Below, piece after piece: positions 13,301 through 26,455 of a DNA stretch of 64,000 nucleotides. Origin of the DNA: Zootoca vivipara. Its lineage: Eukaryota. Within the stretch, counting starts at the first letter, position 1, and every line of letters starts with the position of its first letter. The DNA lies in contig NC_083277.1 in NCBI RefSeq assembly GCF_963506605.1, forward strand, positions 92,318,001-92,382,000, written 5' to 3'. The position numbers were made by a program, and so were the translations under genes. The notes under the pieces were generated by a model. That model did not search any database. It worked only from the letters and a program-made list of their open reading frames with translations, and had not been told where the DNA came from.

Positions 13301-16300
13301 TTCTGCTCCCCTTGCTAACTAGGGCAACCAAACTCACAAAAGTTTATGGTGGGTGATTATTTTTACTGGCCAGCGTCCAGCTAGCAAGCACAGACTGGTA
13401 CGTATTTGGTTTAATGCAGGTCTTAACAGATTGGTGCTGATATTGACCTTTCCTCTTCAGCTAGGACTGGGCTTTTTCAGAGACGGTGCCAGGAGATTCT
13501 GGGCCCAGCACTTTCCACATGGCTCCTCAAAGCAGTGTTCTAATATTTTATGTAAGAAGTGGGAATTTGTATGGAGGATTTCAGCCTCCCATCTGCCATA
13601 TGGGAGTAGTAGTAGTAGTAGTAGTAGTAATAATAATAATAATAATAATAGCCTAACTGAGATAGTCTCTTATATGAAATGCTTAGAGAACTTAGCATCA
13701 CTGGGGGGTTGGACTACTAAATGATCCTCAGGGTCCCTTGCAACTCTACAATTCTACGATTTTACGAAAAGTGCTGAATTCTAAGAATCTCTCGTCTTGT
13801 TTCCAGATTTGGTCAGTCCTAGTGCAGATGACCAGAGACAGAAACAGGATGGGAGGTCACTTAGGGCAGGTAGGGGTCTCCTCTGAGACTGTCTCCTCTG
13901 AGACAGTTTGGGAACCAAACTGACCCCTCAAACTCTCCTCCAGACTTTTCCTGGAATCTAAGTGACCACAGCATACAACACATGGTCAGTATTTGGTAAA
14001 GGATGCCCAGGCAATGATACCTGTGTCTCTCTGTGTGTGAGTGAAGGTGGAGGGCATCTCCTCCTCTCTCCCACCCCCACCCCCAATTCTGTGTTTGTGC
14101 CTGCATATGGGAAGCAGGCATGAGACAAGCAGATGAGCCCTGCCATTAATGGGCTTTTGCTACGGGTCTGCTGTAAGTATGGCTAACATGGAATATTACC
14201 ATGTGAGAGTGTTTGCGGGAGAGTTTGTGTTGTGTTAGTTGAGTTGAGGAAATGCAGCCCTAGCATTAAGTAGCAAGAAAGAAGGGGTGATGTTAGTTAA
14301 TGGAGAAAGCTGGTCACTTCAAGAATTGGCACCGGTATTTACTGTTTCCAGAGTGTCTTTTAACCTTGCCGTATTCTGCTAATTTATTCCTTCTAGAATA
14401 CTGAACATCAATAAATGTCAGGGTTATAGACTGGGGCACCGGATAAGATGTGGAAGATCATGATAAAACAAACAGTGAGTCAGCATCTGTGGACACACCC
14501 GTAAACAACCACTTACTCCAAGTTTCCTTCCTCTGGAAGGACAAGAAATCCAAGACTTCTGCAACTTCCCAGAATAGAGATGAAGTGATAGGAAAAGTCA
14601 AACCTGTTATGCTTTGGCTGTTAAAGACATGAAACAGAAAATCTTGCAGCAACCCTGTGAAATAGTGCTCTTTGGATATCTTCTACAATTGCTTTGAAAA
14701 ACAATTCAGTTCTTGAAGTGAAGTGCCTGAATTATTATTATTTTTTTAAGTTCCCCAACTGGAAGTGTTTCACAAATCCAAGAGCCAGGATGGTGCCAGT
14801 GACGAATCTCCACAAAGGAGGGTCCTCCTGTTCAGGTGTGTGACTCCAGCCACAATGTGGTGTTTTATTTGTTCACCGACTTTTACCTCTGTCTTGTTGT
14901 ATGGTATGGTTTTGACCTTGAATACCGCTTTGCGAAATGATAGGTGGTTTATAACTAAATGAACTGAATAAATAAGAAGACTTTTGGCCTCTGCCTTACA
15001 TTGCTAATGTGGCTATTATATTTACCTTACAAATATGGGAAGTGCAAAATCCAGTTTAAGCTACTGCTGCTAGTACCAGGTCAGTCAGAATGAACAAGTT
15101 AGGCCAGTTGACTGAACTCATGATGAACACCTCCATCGTTCTCTTAGAATGGCAATGGTTCCCACCTGAGAGGTGCTGGAAGGAACTGAGTTCTGGTGAG
15201 TTCTGACCGGGGGGGGGGGAGTCCTGGCAGTGGCTGTCCCAGATGTACACCCCTGAGCTTAATCACGGCTTGTTTTCTCAAATGTGATGGAAGCTGGCTT
15301 GAGGGAAAGCAACTCAAGCAACAGTATTTCTCAAGAAACCTCAGGATACAGATGGGTTGTGGCAGACGTCACGAGGACTCTGCTTCACATAGGAGTGATA
15401 GGAGTACATTGGCACCAGACGAAATGGTACTGTGTGCACAGACTAAATTTTAAAGCACTCCAGAGGAAAAACAAAGAGAAGACAAATGGAATTGCAACAC
15501 CTACACTTTCTGAGACTCTTCCGATCCGTGGGAGCTGGTATCACTTCATAAGGCACCATTGTGATCCCTGAAAGATTAAAGGTTCCTGGAGTTATTTTTT
15601 GTGTGTTTGCGCACAGCCTATGCAAGGTGCCACGTAAACAGAAATTTGAGATTTTGCTCTCAGGGGTGTGGACCACACATATTTTTGAGCTTGTTTTTAA
15701 CCCTTGTGTAAGAGACTTATTTGATCTGCATTATCTTGCAAAGTTCCCTGTTTTCGTCCTTCCAGAAACACAACCTTTTTAATCTACTTTAGCAAAGCAA
15801 AATATTGTTCCAACCAGAAGTTGCTGATCCTTATTAATCCAGCAGCATTTACGGGAATCATCCTAGACACAAGTATAATTGGCTGGGAAATTAAAGACCT
15901 GGGTAACTTGATCCAGGCCAAAGGGATAAGAGTCTTATAAGAGCTTCCTACATTCGAAGTTAGTGTGGTGTTTTGTTGCAAAACTCGCAGGGCATCAAGG
16001 AGAAGCGGCTTGCTGGGTGGGGCAGAGCCTCTGTGCTAACTTCCTGGCAGGTGGATCATTGTTCGCACTATGCCAGCCCCACTCCCAGCCACCTTACTCC
16101 TCTCCCTCTAAGTTGGCAACAGTGGCCCACCTGCTGTGAAGCTAGCTGAATGGCTGCGCCCCCCCCCCAATGAGCTGCATCTGGCCGCAAACTATACCCC
16201 CCAAAAGCAGAACTAATAATTCCCCCACGTCTGCCATGTGGAAGACCAGGAGATCACCATGGGCTTATGAGAACTGAAGGTGTTGCACCACAGCAAAAGA

Positions 16301-19300
16301 AAATGAGTCCTCTTTGGGGTCTCTCTCCTCATTCTTCAGCCACCACATCTTGTCCATTAAAAGGTAACCAGAACACTGGGTTCTGCTCACCCAGTGTTCA
16401 ACTTAGACACTCTTAAATAGTCCAAAGCCTGGTTGGTCCCACCCCCAACCCCCCCAAAAAATACCCCATGATGTGTCAGAAGAAGAGCCTTGCTAAGCTA
16501 TCTATTCTAGCACTCTGTTTCTACAGTGACTAACCAGATGATAATGGAAATCCCACAAGCATGACATGAGCGAAACAGCTCTCTCTTGCTGCTGGTAACT
16601 TGCCCTCAGTGACTAATAGCCACTTAAAGCCTTATCTTCCTGAAATTGTCTAATCCTAATTTTGGCCACATCACATGCAGAAGACACTATTTAATTTGTG
16701 TTTGGTTCTATCCGGGTAAATAAGCTTCTTAGCTTTGTTAGATTTAACAGAAAAATGTAATTTGTTTATTTTTAAAGGTCTATAATTATCTATTTTTAAG
16801 GGCGTTTTAAGCTAAATAGTTTATTTTACAACTATATACATCGGGATCTACACGGAGAGGAGGAGATTTCAATCCCTTTCATTGCAATCCCTAGTTCAGA
16901 ATTTGCTTTTTGCATCATTTCAGCACATTGGATCAACATTTTCAGAAAGCTATCCATCATGACCCAAGCCCTCTCCTGGTCACACCACAACACAAACTCA
17001 TTTGATTTGTAGGTATGTTAAAGGAGCAATATGTGGCTGTGTCATTTCGAAGGGTTTCTGAGTCTTAATGTGAAACAAAGGGACCGAGAGGCTATGCATA
17101 CACCAGATTGTTAATGTGTACGTTAATGTGTACACCAGGCATCTCCAAACTTCGGCCCTCCAGATGTTTTGGACTACAATTCCCATAATCCCTGACCACT
17201 GGTCCCGCTAGCTAGGGATCATGGGAGTTGTAGGCAAAAACATCTGGAGGGCCGTAGTTTGGGGATGCCTGGTGTACAGAGATCCAGCTTTTTCCAAGGA
17301 TTGTGAATGAAATGACCCAAATTTGTATTTTGTGTGTGAGCATATGATTAATTTTAATTTTCATTCAATTGTATTGTCTTTCTTTATTATTGCATGCCAA
17401 TGAAGCATATGTTCTTGCTTAAATGAAACAAAAAGATTGCAAAGTAAAAAAAATCTACAGCACCATGTGTTGTAACAGAAGTTATTTGAACCTATGAATG
17501 CGTCTTTCTAGCTATAGTATCTACGAGGAGCCAGCTCACCTTTTTGAAGGACTTTGTTGATGAAGCAGAGTCCGAACATGGATACCTGGGATTTCAAGTC
17601 ACTCAGTGTCTGTTTAAGTGCTACGAAACTGGTGGGCTCCTCACACTTCAGTCCAATCAAAGCTTCTGTGCAACCCGACATTACTCTTATTTTTGGGAAG
17701 TCCTGTGGGAACAAATAGATTTCAGCAAGAGATTGAAACTCACTGAAACATTTTTGGAAGAGAGAATTTCGATGTCCTCATCACAGAAATGGAACCATCT
17801 TGGTTTGCCTGCAGGCTTTCTGACTACGTGTATAGAATCCAGGGCCGGCCCATTCATGAGGCAAGATGAAGAGACCGCCTCAGGCGGCAGGAGATCCACA
17901 GGGACAGCAGATCCTAATGTAGATCTTCATTCACCCCTCTTGTTCCTGACGTAGATCTTCACTCACCCTTTCTTCCCTGGCAGGGTGTGTGTGCCATTTT
18001 ATGGTTTACCTCAGGCGCCAAAATTTCTCAGGATGGCTATGCAATCATAGAGTTGGAAGGTATCTCAGAAATGTACAGTGCAAAATACAAATCTGTTTTA
18101 AGTGCCTCCAGTGAAAGAGAATCTACCACTTTCCCCCTCAGCCCAGAAGGGGCAATCACCACAGGAAGGCATGTCAGGAGACTGCTATTTAATGCTTTGA
18201 AAGTACAGTATCAGGTTTTTGCATTTCGTGGTGAAAATACCAGAGATATTTGAGAAAATGTTCTTTAAAAAGAAACCCAAACCCGTTAACAACCTTCCCC
18301 CTTTTTAATTATCCAAGGGAACACGGATAATTGGTGATAACTATCAGGGCATGATGGCCTGAAGGCACATGGTACAGCAACTATGTTCGAACGAAGCAGC
18401 GGCAAGTCTGAGCAGTGCATGCATGGGAGACCAAACTGATTATGCCTTAAAAGTTTCACAACAGAAGAAAGGAAAGTTAGAAATGTTATAAGAGCTACCG
18501 TAGTGTGGCTTCATGGTTAGAGTGTTGGACCAAGACCTAAGAGACTAGTTCTCAAAGCTCCACTCAGTCATGAAGCTCACTGAGTGACTTTGGGCCAAGT
18601 CACTGTCCCTCAAGACCTAACCTACCTCGCAGGGTTGTTGAGAGGATAAAATGGGAAGGGAGGTGTCGTGCCAAGATCTTTGCCTTCAGTTCAAAGGATC
18701 ATACAAACACTCGCGGATGACAAGGATATACAGTGGTACCTCAGTTTAAGTACACAATTGGTTCCGGAAGTCTGTACTTAACCTGAAGCGAACTTTCCCA
18801 TTGAAAGTAATGGAAAGTGGATTAATCCGTTCCAGATGGGTCCACGGAGTACTCAACCTGAAGGGTACTTAACCCGAAGTATGAGTGTAATTGGGTCTGG
18901 AAGTCCATACTTAACCTGAAGCGTACTTAACCTGACGCGAACTTTCCCATTGGAAGCAATGGAAAGTGGATTAATCTGTTCCAGATAGGTGCGCGGAGTA
19001 CTTAAACTGAAAGTACTCAAACCGAAGCGTACTTAAACTGAGGTATGACTGTAATAATGCTACTGGAATATCACTGAATGCTTTATTGCTCTTTTGCTAT
19101 GGGCCAAATACAGCCTTATAGGCTAAATGCCACCTCTATGCAAACAGGCCCATTCCCCCCTCTACATTCCATTTGTGTCTTTGCAGTGTGGCTTAAATGG
19201 TGCAGAGGTCATTTGTTCATATAACATGGTGTTCAGTTTGTTTTATTATTTGCATTTCTCTAGCGGCTTCGAGAAACACTTGATCAAATGAAAAATAAAG

Positions 19301-22300
19301 TCGCACTCTTTGGGCAAAGAGTTTTTAGCAAAAATAGGAGGTTTTTTTGCTGCTCCGCACTGGAGATTTTAGAATCAAGGCAGGTGATCCTGTGAAAACA
19401 TTTATGAGCGGCAGTGTATAAGAAGTTGGGAGTCTCTTGCCTCAGATGGGTAGCTGCTGCCCAGTCCACTGGGGCTACATGACCTGCTGATGGCATCAGG
19501 GGAGAATGAGATTTTGTAAACACATAACAAGTACAATCAAATAATAAGCAGGTGATGGAAGCTAGAGCACCAGGTCTAGCCTTGTGAAAATAAATGCCCT
19601 TTGCTTCCTCTCTTGCACTTGGTCCTGGCACACTTCCCAGCAGAGTAAAGAGGAATGTGTGGTAGAGGAATTTCATCTCCAGCACAGTACAATCCTTAAT
19701 CGATTCGCCCTCTTTCTTTCATGCTAATAATGGGTGGGGCGGTAGCAACAGTAGGAAGCACTGGCCATTCAAAGGACAAAGGAGGTCAGAAAGGGTGAAG
19801 AGATGCCTGAGAAGAATCAGATTGCTCAGCATGTTGTCTGGGGCTTATGGGAGTTGTAGTCTAAAATACCTGGTGGACACATGGTTGGGGAAGATTGCCT
19901 ATTCTATTCTGCCTCGGTCAGACCACACCTGGGATACTGCGTCAAATTCTGGGCACCACAATTTAAAAAGGATATTGACAAGCTAGAATACGAGCAGAGG
20001 AGAGCAACCAAGATGATCAAGGGTCTGGAAATCAAACCTTATGAGGAACAGATGAGGGAGCTGGGTATGTTTAGCTTGGAAATGGGACGACTGAGAGGAG
20101 ATATGAAAGCTATCCTCAAATATCTAAAAGGCTGTCACGTGGAAGACAGAGCAAGCTTTTTTTATCCTGCTCCAGAAGGTAGGACTCAAACCAATGGTTT
20201 CAAGTCCACTAAACATCAGGAAGAACTTTCTGACAGTAAGAGCTGTCAAACTCCCTTGGGAGGTGGTAGACTCTCCTTCACTGAAGGCTGAATGGCCATC
20301 TGTCACTGATGCTTTAGATGAGATTCCTGCATTACAGGGGCTGGACTAGACGGCCCTCGGGGTCCCAACTCTACAGTTCTATGATTCCCTGGTCTTAACT
20401 GTGCTCCCATTACAGTGTGGACTCTACCTGCAGAAACTGATGGTCACTTGGGTCTTCCATGAGAGCTGTCAGCCAGCAATTCTGCTTCTGGAGATCAATC
20501 AGCTGCTCTTGACTGTGGTGAATGGAATTCCCCATTCCAACTAAGGCCGATCTTTCTTCTTCATCTATAAAGTCCATCACCTTGTTCTGCAGTCGCTTGA
20601 GCTCTTTCATCGCCTCGGCAAAGGCCCTATTCACTTCATCTCGGGCCGTCTTCACTACTTTCTGAAAGGGAAAGGCAATGCCAAGCACACCACATTTTCA
20701 CCTACCATTGTTTAAAGTATGAAAGTTGCTACCACACGACGTAGCATTGACTTGGGCAGCTTTAAAAGTGGATTAGAGAAATCCATGGAAGATAAGGCTA
20801 TTGATGGCTGCTAGTCATGGTGGCTATGTATTGCCGTGATGCCTGTGAATCCTAGTGACTGGGGATTGCATGTGGAAGAGTCCTATTGTGTTAAAGTCCT
20901 GCTTGTGGACTCCCCCTAGGCGTCTGTTTGGCCACTGTTGAATGCTGGATTAGGCCTGATTCACTAGGGCTCTCCTTATGTTCTTACGTGTTCATTTAAT
21001 ACTCCTTTGTGAAATTCCCAGGGCAGGCGCAGACATACATTTTTAAAGTGGCAAAGCTGCTATGGAACCATACATAAATAAGGAGCAAGTGGTTCTGCTG
21101 GTTTCTAGCAAAAGTACTGAGCACACACTGCTAATTGGCTACATGCTCCCAACTTTGTCTTCCTCCTGAGAGCACCCTTTCAAGTTAAGAGAGTCCTGCT
21201 TTCGATAAAAGAAAATAAGGCACCAATGAAGCAGGCTAACTTGCTTGTTGTGCTTTCTTTTCTTTTTTGGGGGAAGAGGATTGTCCACCTGAAATGTGGT
21301 GGTGAAGAGGGAGAGGAAACAGAGGGAATCAGCTTTCAGTCTGGAAGGCCTACGTGTGTAATTTGAGGAGAAGTAGTCAGAAGAAAGCAGAGCTCACCAA
21401 CCACAGGAAACCCTATTCCTGTTTGCGCTGGAATGTCTGTATTGTATTGTATTGTATTGTATTGTATTGTATTGTATTGTATTGTATTGTATTGTATTGT
21501 ATTGTATTGTATTGTATTGTATTGTGGTCCCTTCCAGTGCTGTTTAGCTGCTTTATTTATCAAATAGCCCTTCACAATAAAAGCTGAAAAGGTTTTTTTT
21601 TTAAAAGAAAAGAAGCAGCAACATGTCATTGGTGGGACTGACTGCACAGCGGTTCCTTGAAGCAACAATGTTGTTAGGTCTTCAAACGATGCAGTTTGTG
21701 ATCTAAGGCAGGCGTCCCCCAAAATACGTTGTTTTGTACGTCTGCAAGCCCTGAGCCTGCTGATAGGTCATTCCTACGCATGAATGTTACCACTTTGGCT
21801 ACCTAAGAATTCAGATGATGAGTTTGTCATTAGTATACACAGGGGTGGCCAACTTCCAAGAGACTACGATCTACTCACAGAGTTAAAAACTGGCAATGAT
21901 CTACCCCCTTTTGGGGGGTTCAGGTCAAAGTTGTTGAGTTTTTTTGGGGGAAGGAAAGCCCTGTTTTGGGGGGTTCATGTAAAAGTTGTTGAACTTCTTT
22001 AGGGAAGAGGAAAGCGACATTCAGCTCTCTTTTTTTTAGGAAGGAAAGCCCTGTTTTGGGTGGTTCAGGTCATTTTAGGGATGCAGGGCGAAGATGTTGA
22101 GCTTTTTTTTAGGGAAGCCAAAGTTTTTTAGTTTCTTTGGGGAGAGCCACTGATCTACCGGTGATCTACCACAGACGTCCAGTGATCTACCGGTAGATCA
22201 CGATCTACCTGTTGGACATGCCTGGTATACAGTATAGAGTATGGCTCTCAGTCAGCCAGGAGAACAGAATGGGAGCCAAACAGGACCTGGGATGTTCCAT

Positions 22301-23862
22301 GGAATAGCAGAGAAAGTTAGCATTTGCTAGGGGTCTTCCAAGATGGCAAGGCAAAACCTTGACCTCTCCAGATCTAAAGAAGTGTCAACCGCTTGACTTC
22401 AGAACATGCAAATACACGCCCACATGAGGAATGGTACAATACTGAGTGGCAGTGTGTGCCCCTGGATCTGTGTGATGTGCCATGGATTCGGTCCCTTCCC
22501 TCAGAAGCTTTTCTCACCGCAAGGTAGTTCATTCTGCCCCTGTGTTGCTGACTGTCTGCTGCCAACATCAAAACTTGGTTTGCCACGTTGGCCTGTACTC
22601 TCTTGAGTTCGACCTGGGAAAGAAATAATTAGAGCATGGAAGCAGCAGGATGGGGATGACGACTTCACATACACCTCTTTTAAAAGTGGAGCATAAATAA
22701 TCAGTGCTCAATTAAAAGAAAAAAACCAGATATGTGGCATGTGTATTCCAGTTTTATAGAAGAGATCCTGTTTGGACTCACACTACAAAGGACTGGACTA
22801 GATGAACAGCCACTGGAATTAATCAGGAAGCCCATTTTTTATTCACAAACTGCTTTTTGATGCAAAATGTCTTCAAGGCAGCTTACAATTTAAAAGAAGG
22901 ATTTAAAATTCTGCTATTAATACTTCATACAAAACCTAACAATATGGAACAGCAGAACAATACACCATTAATAAAGCGGTGCCAAGAAGCCTTGACAATC
23001 CCCTGCTAGTTGTCTGGTAAAATTTAAAAAAGCAACCATCGAACAAAACACCTGAAGTATGGGAAATAGTGAAATCTCCAAGGCGAGGGAGTTTCCATCG
23101 CAAACTGTACCTCCAATGATTTTGGGACAACAGGGCTGGTTTAAGGACTGCCTGAGGCAAAGGATAAGATTCCGTAAATAGAGAAGCTGACTGGATGGCA
23201 GTCGAATTTTACTTCAATAGTACAGATGGGATAGTATGGCCGCCCACACCTGAGGGCAGCAGGGGTATGGGACAAATTCTACATGGCACACAGAGCTGTG
23301 CCCTCCAGCAGAAGGGAATGGCTAGGAGGCTCAGGAGAAAGATCCACAGCCCCCAGTATCTGCTAATCACCTCACTCTGCCCTAGAATAGGGCTCAGTCA
23401 TGTGGGGCATGTAGAAAAGCCTCACCTGATTATCTTAATAGGTGGGGAGGTTCTTATCTCAGTTTTCATTTATTTATTTTCATGAAACTGGGTGTAACCG
23501 GATAGGGTGCTATCCTCAGCGGAACCCTTTTGTTCAGCTTCTAACCAACTTTGTCCAAATTGCACAATCTCAAGGGCAAGCAATCTCAAAATAAAATAAG
23601 ACACAACAATCTTGGTGCCAGTATTAACTGGTTCACTGCTTTTGTTGCAATGGCAAGTTGATGGGCTCAGTCGTCTTCGGCTAATAGCTTGCTTGAAAAA
23701 CATCACTCCTAACGTGACTGTGTCTCCTCTTAGAAGAAATAAAGGATGTGAAAGAAAAGTACATACAAGTACAAGCCATAATACAGACAGCATTTGAACC
23801 TCATAGATAATATGTCTAATGTATAGTACACCAGATCTGCATACATCTATATATCTATACAG

Positions 23863-23940
<78 letters not shown>

Positions 23941-26068
23941 CTGTTGTTGACACTCTCCTTCAAACAGCAGTTTATAAATAACAAACACTTGGGCTCATCA
24001 TTTTATTATTTATTTATATTTAAAAGTTATATCCCGCCCTATTTCATAGGGCACATTATAGCAAGCAACACATAACATGTCAGTAACATTAAAGCACATC
24101 ATCTCTTTCATTTTTCCAACTTGTGAAGAATAGGCAAAAAACAATAAAATCAGGATAAACCATCCTTGTTATAGAAAAAAAGTATGTATTCTGAAAATTA
24201 TTATATCTCCTCAACAGTATCACACAGATATAAATCACTCATTTTCCAACCCCCCCCCAAAAAAACCAAGAGAGAGAAAGAGAAATAGGTGGGAACTAGA
24301 CTAAATGGATACTATATACGGTACACTTTTATCATTCCCGTTTTTTAGCTAATACTATCAATTTCTGCTTCTCTATTTGTCCTATTTATCCTGGAGTTCT
24401 AAAAACTGAGGATTTACCCCAGTTTAAACAAGCTTCTATACCTTTTCACATGCCATATTCCAATTTTTGCCCTTGGGGGGAGGGAAACAAAAGAAAAGGC
24501 TTTGGGAGGAAAGCAAGTTCTACCTCCAAATTGAGGTTTTTGTTTTGTTTTTTTGTCTCTGGGCCATCCCATCTCTAGTGCCTGCCAATTGAAAGAACAG
24601 CGATGAAGAACAGAAACAAGAGAAATAGGGTAAAATGGGAGAGGGTCTGTGCTACTGAAACCCCACCCAATCTGACCCAGTGGGAAGTGAATTTGCCTCC
24701 CCTCCCCCAGTTGCCAACCAAGAGGGGTGAAGGAAGCCACACTCATGATCTCCATGATCGGAATCGTTGATAGGAATCGTTTAGGAGAGGTGGCTATAGT
24801 ACTGTCCTCACACCGGTTGTACTCTTCTGTAAGTTGCATTCCAGGGGTTCCAGACCACCCAAAAGAGGGGACAGCACACGTTGACGGAGCGTACTGTACA
24901 ATGGACAATGAAAGAGAATATGCTCTACAGCAGTGGTCCTCAACCTTGGGCCTCCAGATGTTTTTGGCCTACAACTCCCATGATCCCTAGCTAGCAGGAC
25001 CAGTGGTCAGGGATGATGGGAATTGTAGTCTCAAAACATCTGGAGGCCCAAGGTTGAGGACCACTGCTCTACAGTGTCCGGGACATTCATAGAACATCTG
25101 CAGAATCTCTTGTTTCTAGGAATGTTTTGATAAGTTCCCCTGACAAATGCCGAGGGAAAAACATTCAGATGGGCCAACATAAAAGCCCTACGTTGGGCTG
25201 GGATTATTAACTTAGTGACGTAATTGGCAAGGTGAAAGTGTGGGAATCTGCCTATCTGATGATGACCAAAGGGTAACGGCGGGGGTAGCCGAGTTTTTGG
25301 TAGCAGTCCTCCAAGGAGCAGGTTAACAGGGAAAACCCCAGATTCTACATATATATATACAATCAGTCTATGTAGCCAACTGCTTTATGGTTTTATGTGT
25401 AAAATGCTTAATAAAGGTTTGATAAGTGTGTGTGCATTCCAGGAGAACTAACTGCTGACCTTAAAGGATGGCATGATACTTACTTCTTTCTTGGCCCTGT
25501 CATCCTTCAGAGAGATGGCATCATGATTCTTGTGCTCTTCCCGAACACAGATGTGGCAGATGAATTTCCCTTCGATTCTGCAGAACAGCTCCAGCAGTCT
25601 GTGATGTTTCAAGCACATATTAGCCTTCAGGTCATTGAGAGGCTTTATCAGCTGATGGTTCTTGAAGGCCTTGTCTTCATAGTGGGAACGGATGTGGTTT
25701 TCGCACAAGGCAGCCATGCATTGCAGGCAGGACTTGACAGCCTTCATCTTCCTGGGGCAGCAGAAGTCACACAGAACATCCCTCTGACCTACCATCTTCC
25801 TTGACCCTTGGGCCTCTTCCCGTGCGAACCTTATGGCGATTTCTCCCAGGGTTATGTTCTTGCGCAGCTGAGGCCTCGAACGGAAAGGCTCACGACACTG
25901 AGGGCAGTAGGGGCAATCCCCGACCAGGGCTTGGTGGTCCCAGTAATCCTGCAAACAGTCCATGCAGAAGTTGTGCCCGCAGGCTGTGGTGACGGGGTCT
26001 CTGAACACCTCGAGGCATATCGGACACACAATGTTGTCCTCGAGAAGAACCAAGCTAGCTTTCTTCAT
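10343..26068 (-). CDS. TRIM80: Tripartite motif E3 ligase, TRIM80-like (RING, B-box1, B-box2, coiled coil, PRY-SPRY; TRIM25/TRIM65/finTRIM-type)
   Basis: Exons 26068-25484 (RING CPIC...CGHNFC..C...CPQC, two B-boxes), 22613-22518 (96 nt), 20661-20428 (234 nt), 17702-17540 (163 nt) and 10881-10343 (PRY-SPRY, YWEAEIS). All have GT/AG signals and compatible phases, giving 538 aa if no small linker exon was missed. AATAAA at 10283-10278. Name assigned from synteny between KCTD2 and SLC16A5. Confidence 0.85.
11182..11316. mobile_element. hAT (Charlie/URR1-like) MITE
   Basis: TIRs CAGGCATCCCCAAACT...AGTTTGGGGATGCCTG and exact 8-bp TSD CAGTAGAG. Confidence 0.9.
11482..11756 (-). mobile_element. tRNA-derived SINE with simple-repeat (GAG)n tail
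   Basis: Reverse complement begins gtgtagtggttaagagcgg...ccgggttcgcgtctcc (A/B-box-like) and ends at the (GGA)n run. Confidence 0.75.
17136..17271. mobile_element. hAT MITE, same family as 11182-11316
   Basis: Same TIRs and core; TSD GTGTACAC/GTGTACAG. Confidence 0.9.
18731..19051. mobile_element. Tc1/mariner (Tigger-like) MITE
   Basis: TA|CAGTGGTACCTCAGTTTAAGTAC ... GTACTTAAACTGAGGTATGACTG|TA, TA TSD, internal duplicated unit. Confidence 0.85.
19900..20388 (+). mobile_element. Older CR1 LINE 3' fragment
   Basis: [24 protein letters not shown]...[14 protein letters not shown] motif and a degenerate ttctatgattc tail. Confidence 0.9.
21439..21525. repeat. (ATTGT)n microsatellite
   Basis: Directly visible. 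Confidence 0.95.
21840..22224. mobile_element. hAT-type non-autonomous DNA transposon
   Basis: CAGGGGTGGCCAAC...GTTGGACATGCCTG termini, GATCTAC subterminal repeats, internal degenerate tandem unit. Confidence 0.75.
23862..23938. repeat. (TATC)n microsatellite
   Basis: Directly visible. Confidence 0.95.
24931..25066. mobile_element. hAT MITE
   Basis: TIRs CAGTGGTCCTCAACCTTGGGCC/GGCCCAAGGTTGAGGACCACTG and exact TSD CTCTACAG. Confidence 0.9.
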
Positions 26069-26327
26069 AATAACACTTTCTTTTTTGGCCGAGACTCAGC
26101 CACTGCTTGTAGTTGCACAAAACCCTTAGGAAAAGTTGGGCTGCCACCTGTTTTTTTTATTTTAAAAAAACAAAACCACAGTAGTTGAAACAAATGGTTT
26201 TTAATTGACTGGTTAAACATAGACATTTGCATAGGGCTAAGAAAATAACATTTTAGAAGAAAAAAGTGTGTGCACTTGATTAGATTATATTTGAATATAT
26301 TGCAGAGTTCTCAAATATATTGTTCTC

Positions 26328-26455
26328 GAAGCTACGAACATGAGTTTGACCAAACTGCGGGTGGCAGTGCAAGACAGGAGTGCCTGGCGTGCTATGGTCC
26401 ATGGGGTCATGAAGAGTCGGACACGACTAAACGACTGAACAACAACAACAACAAT
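26328..26455 (+). mobile_element. RTE-BovB LINE 3' end
   Basis: ...gtccatggggtcatgaagagtcggacacgactaaacgactgaac(AAC)n. Confidence 0.85.

Noticed and set aside
21840-22224. Repeat-spacer-like pattern resembling a CRISPR array
   Set aside because: Degenerate internal repeats of a eukaryotic hAT element; no constant repeat with unique spacers.
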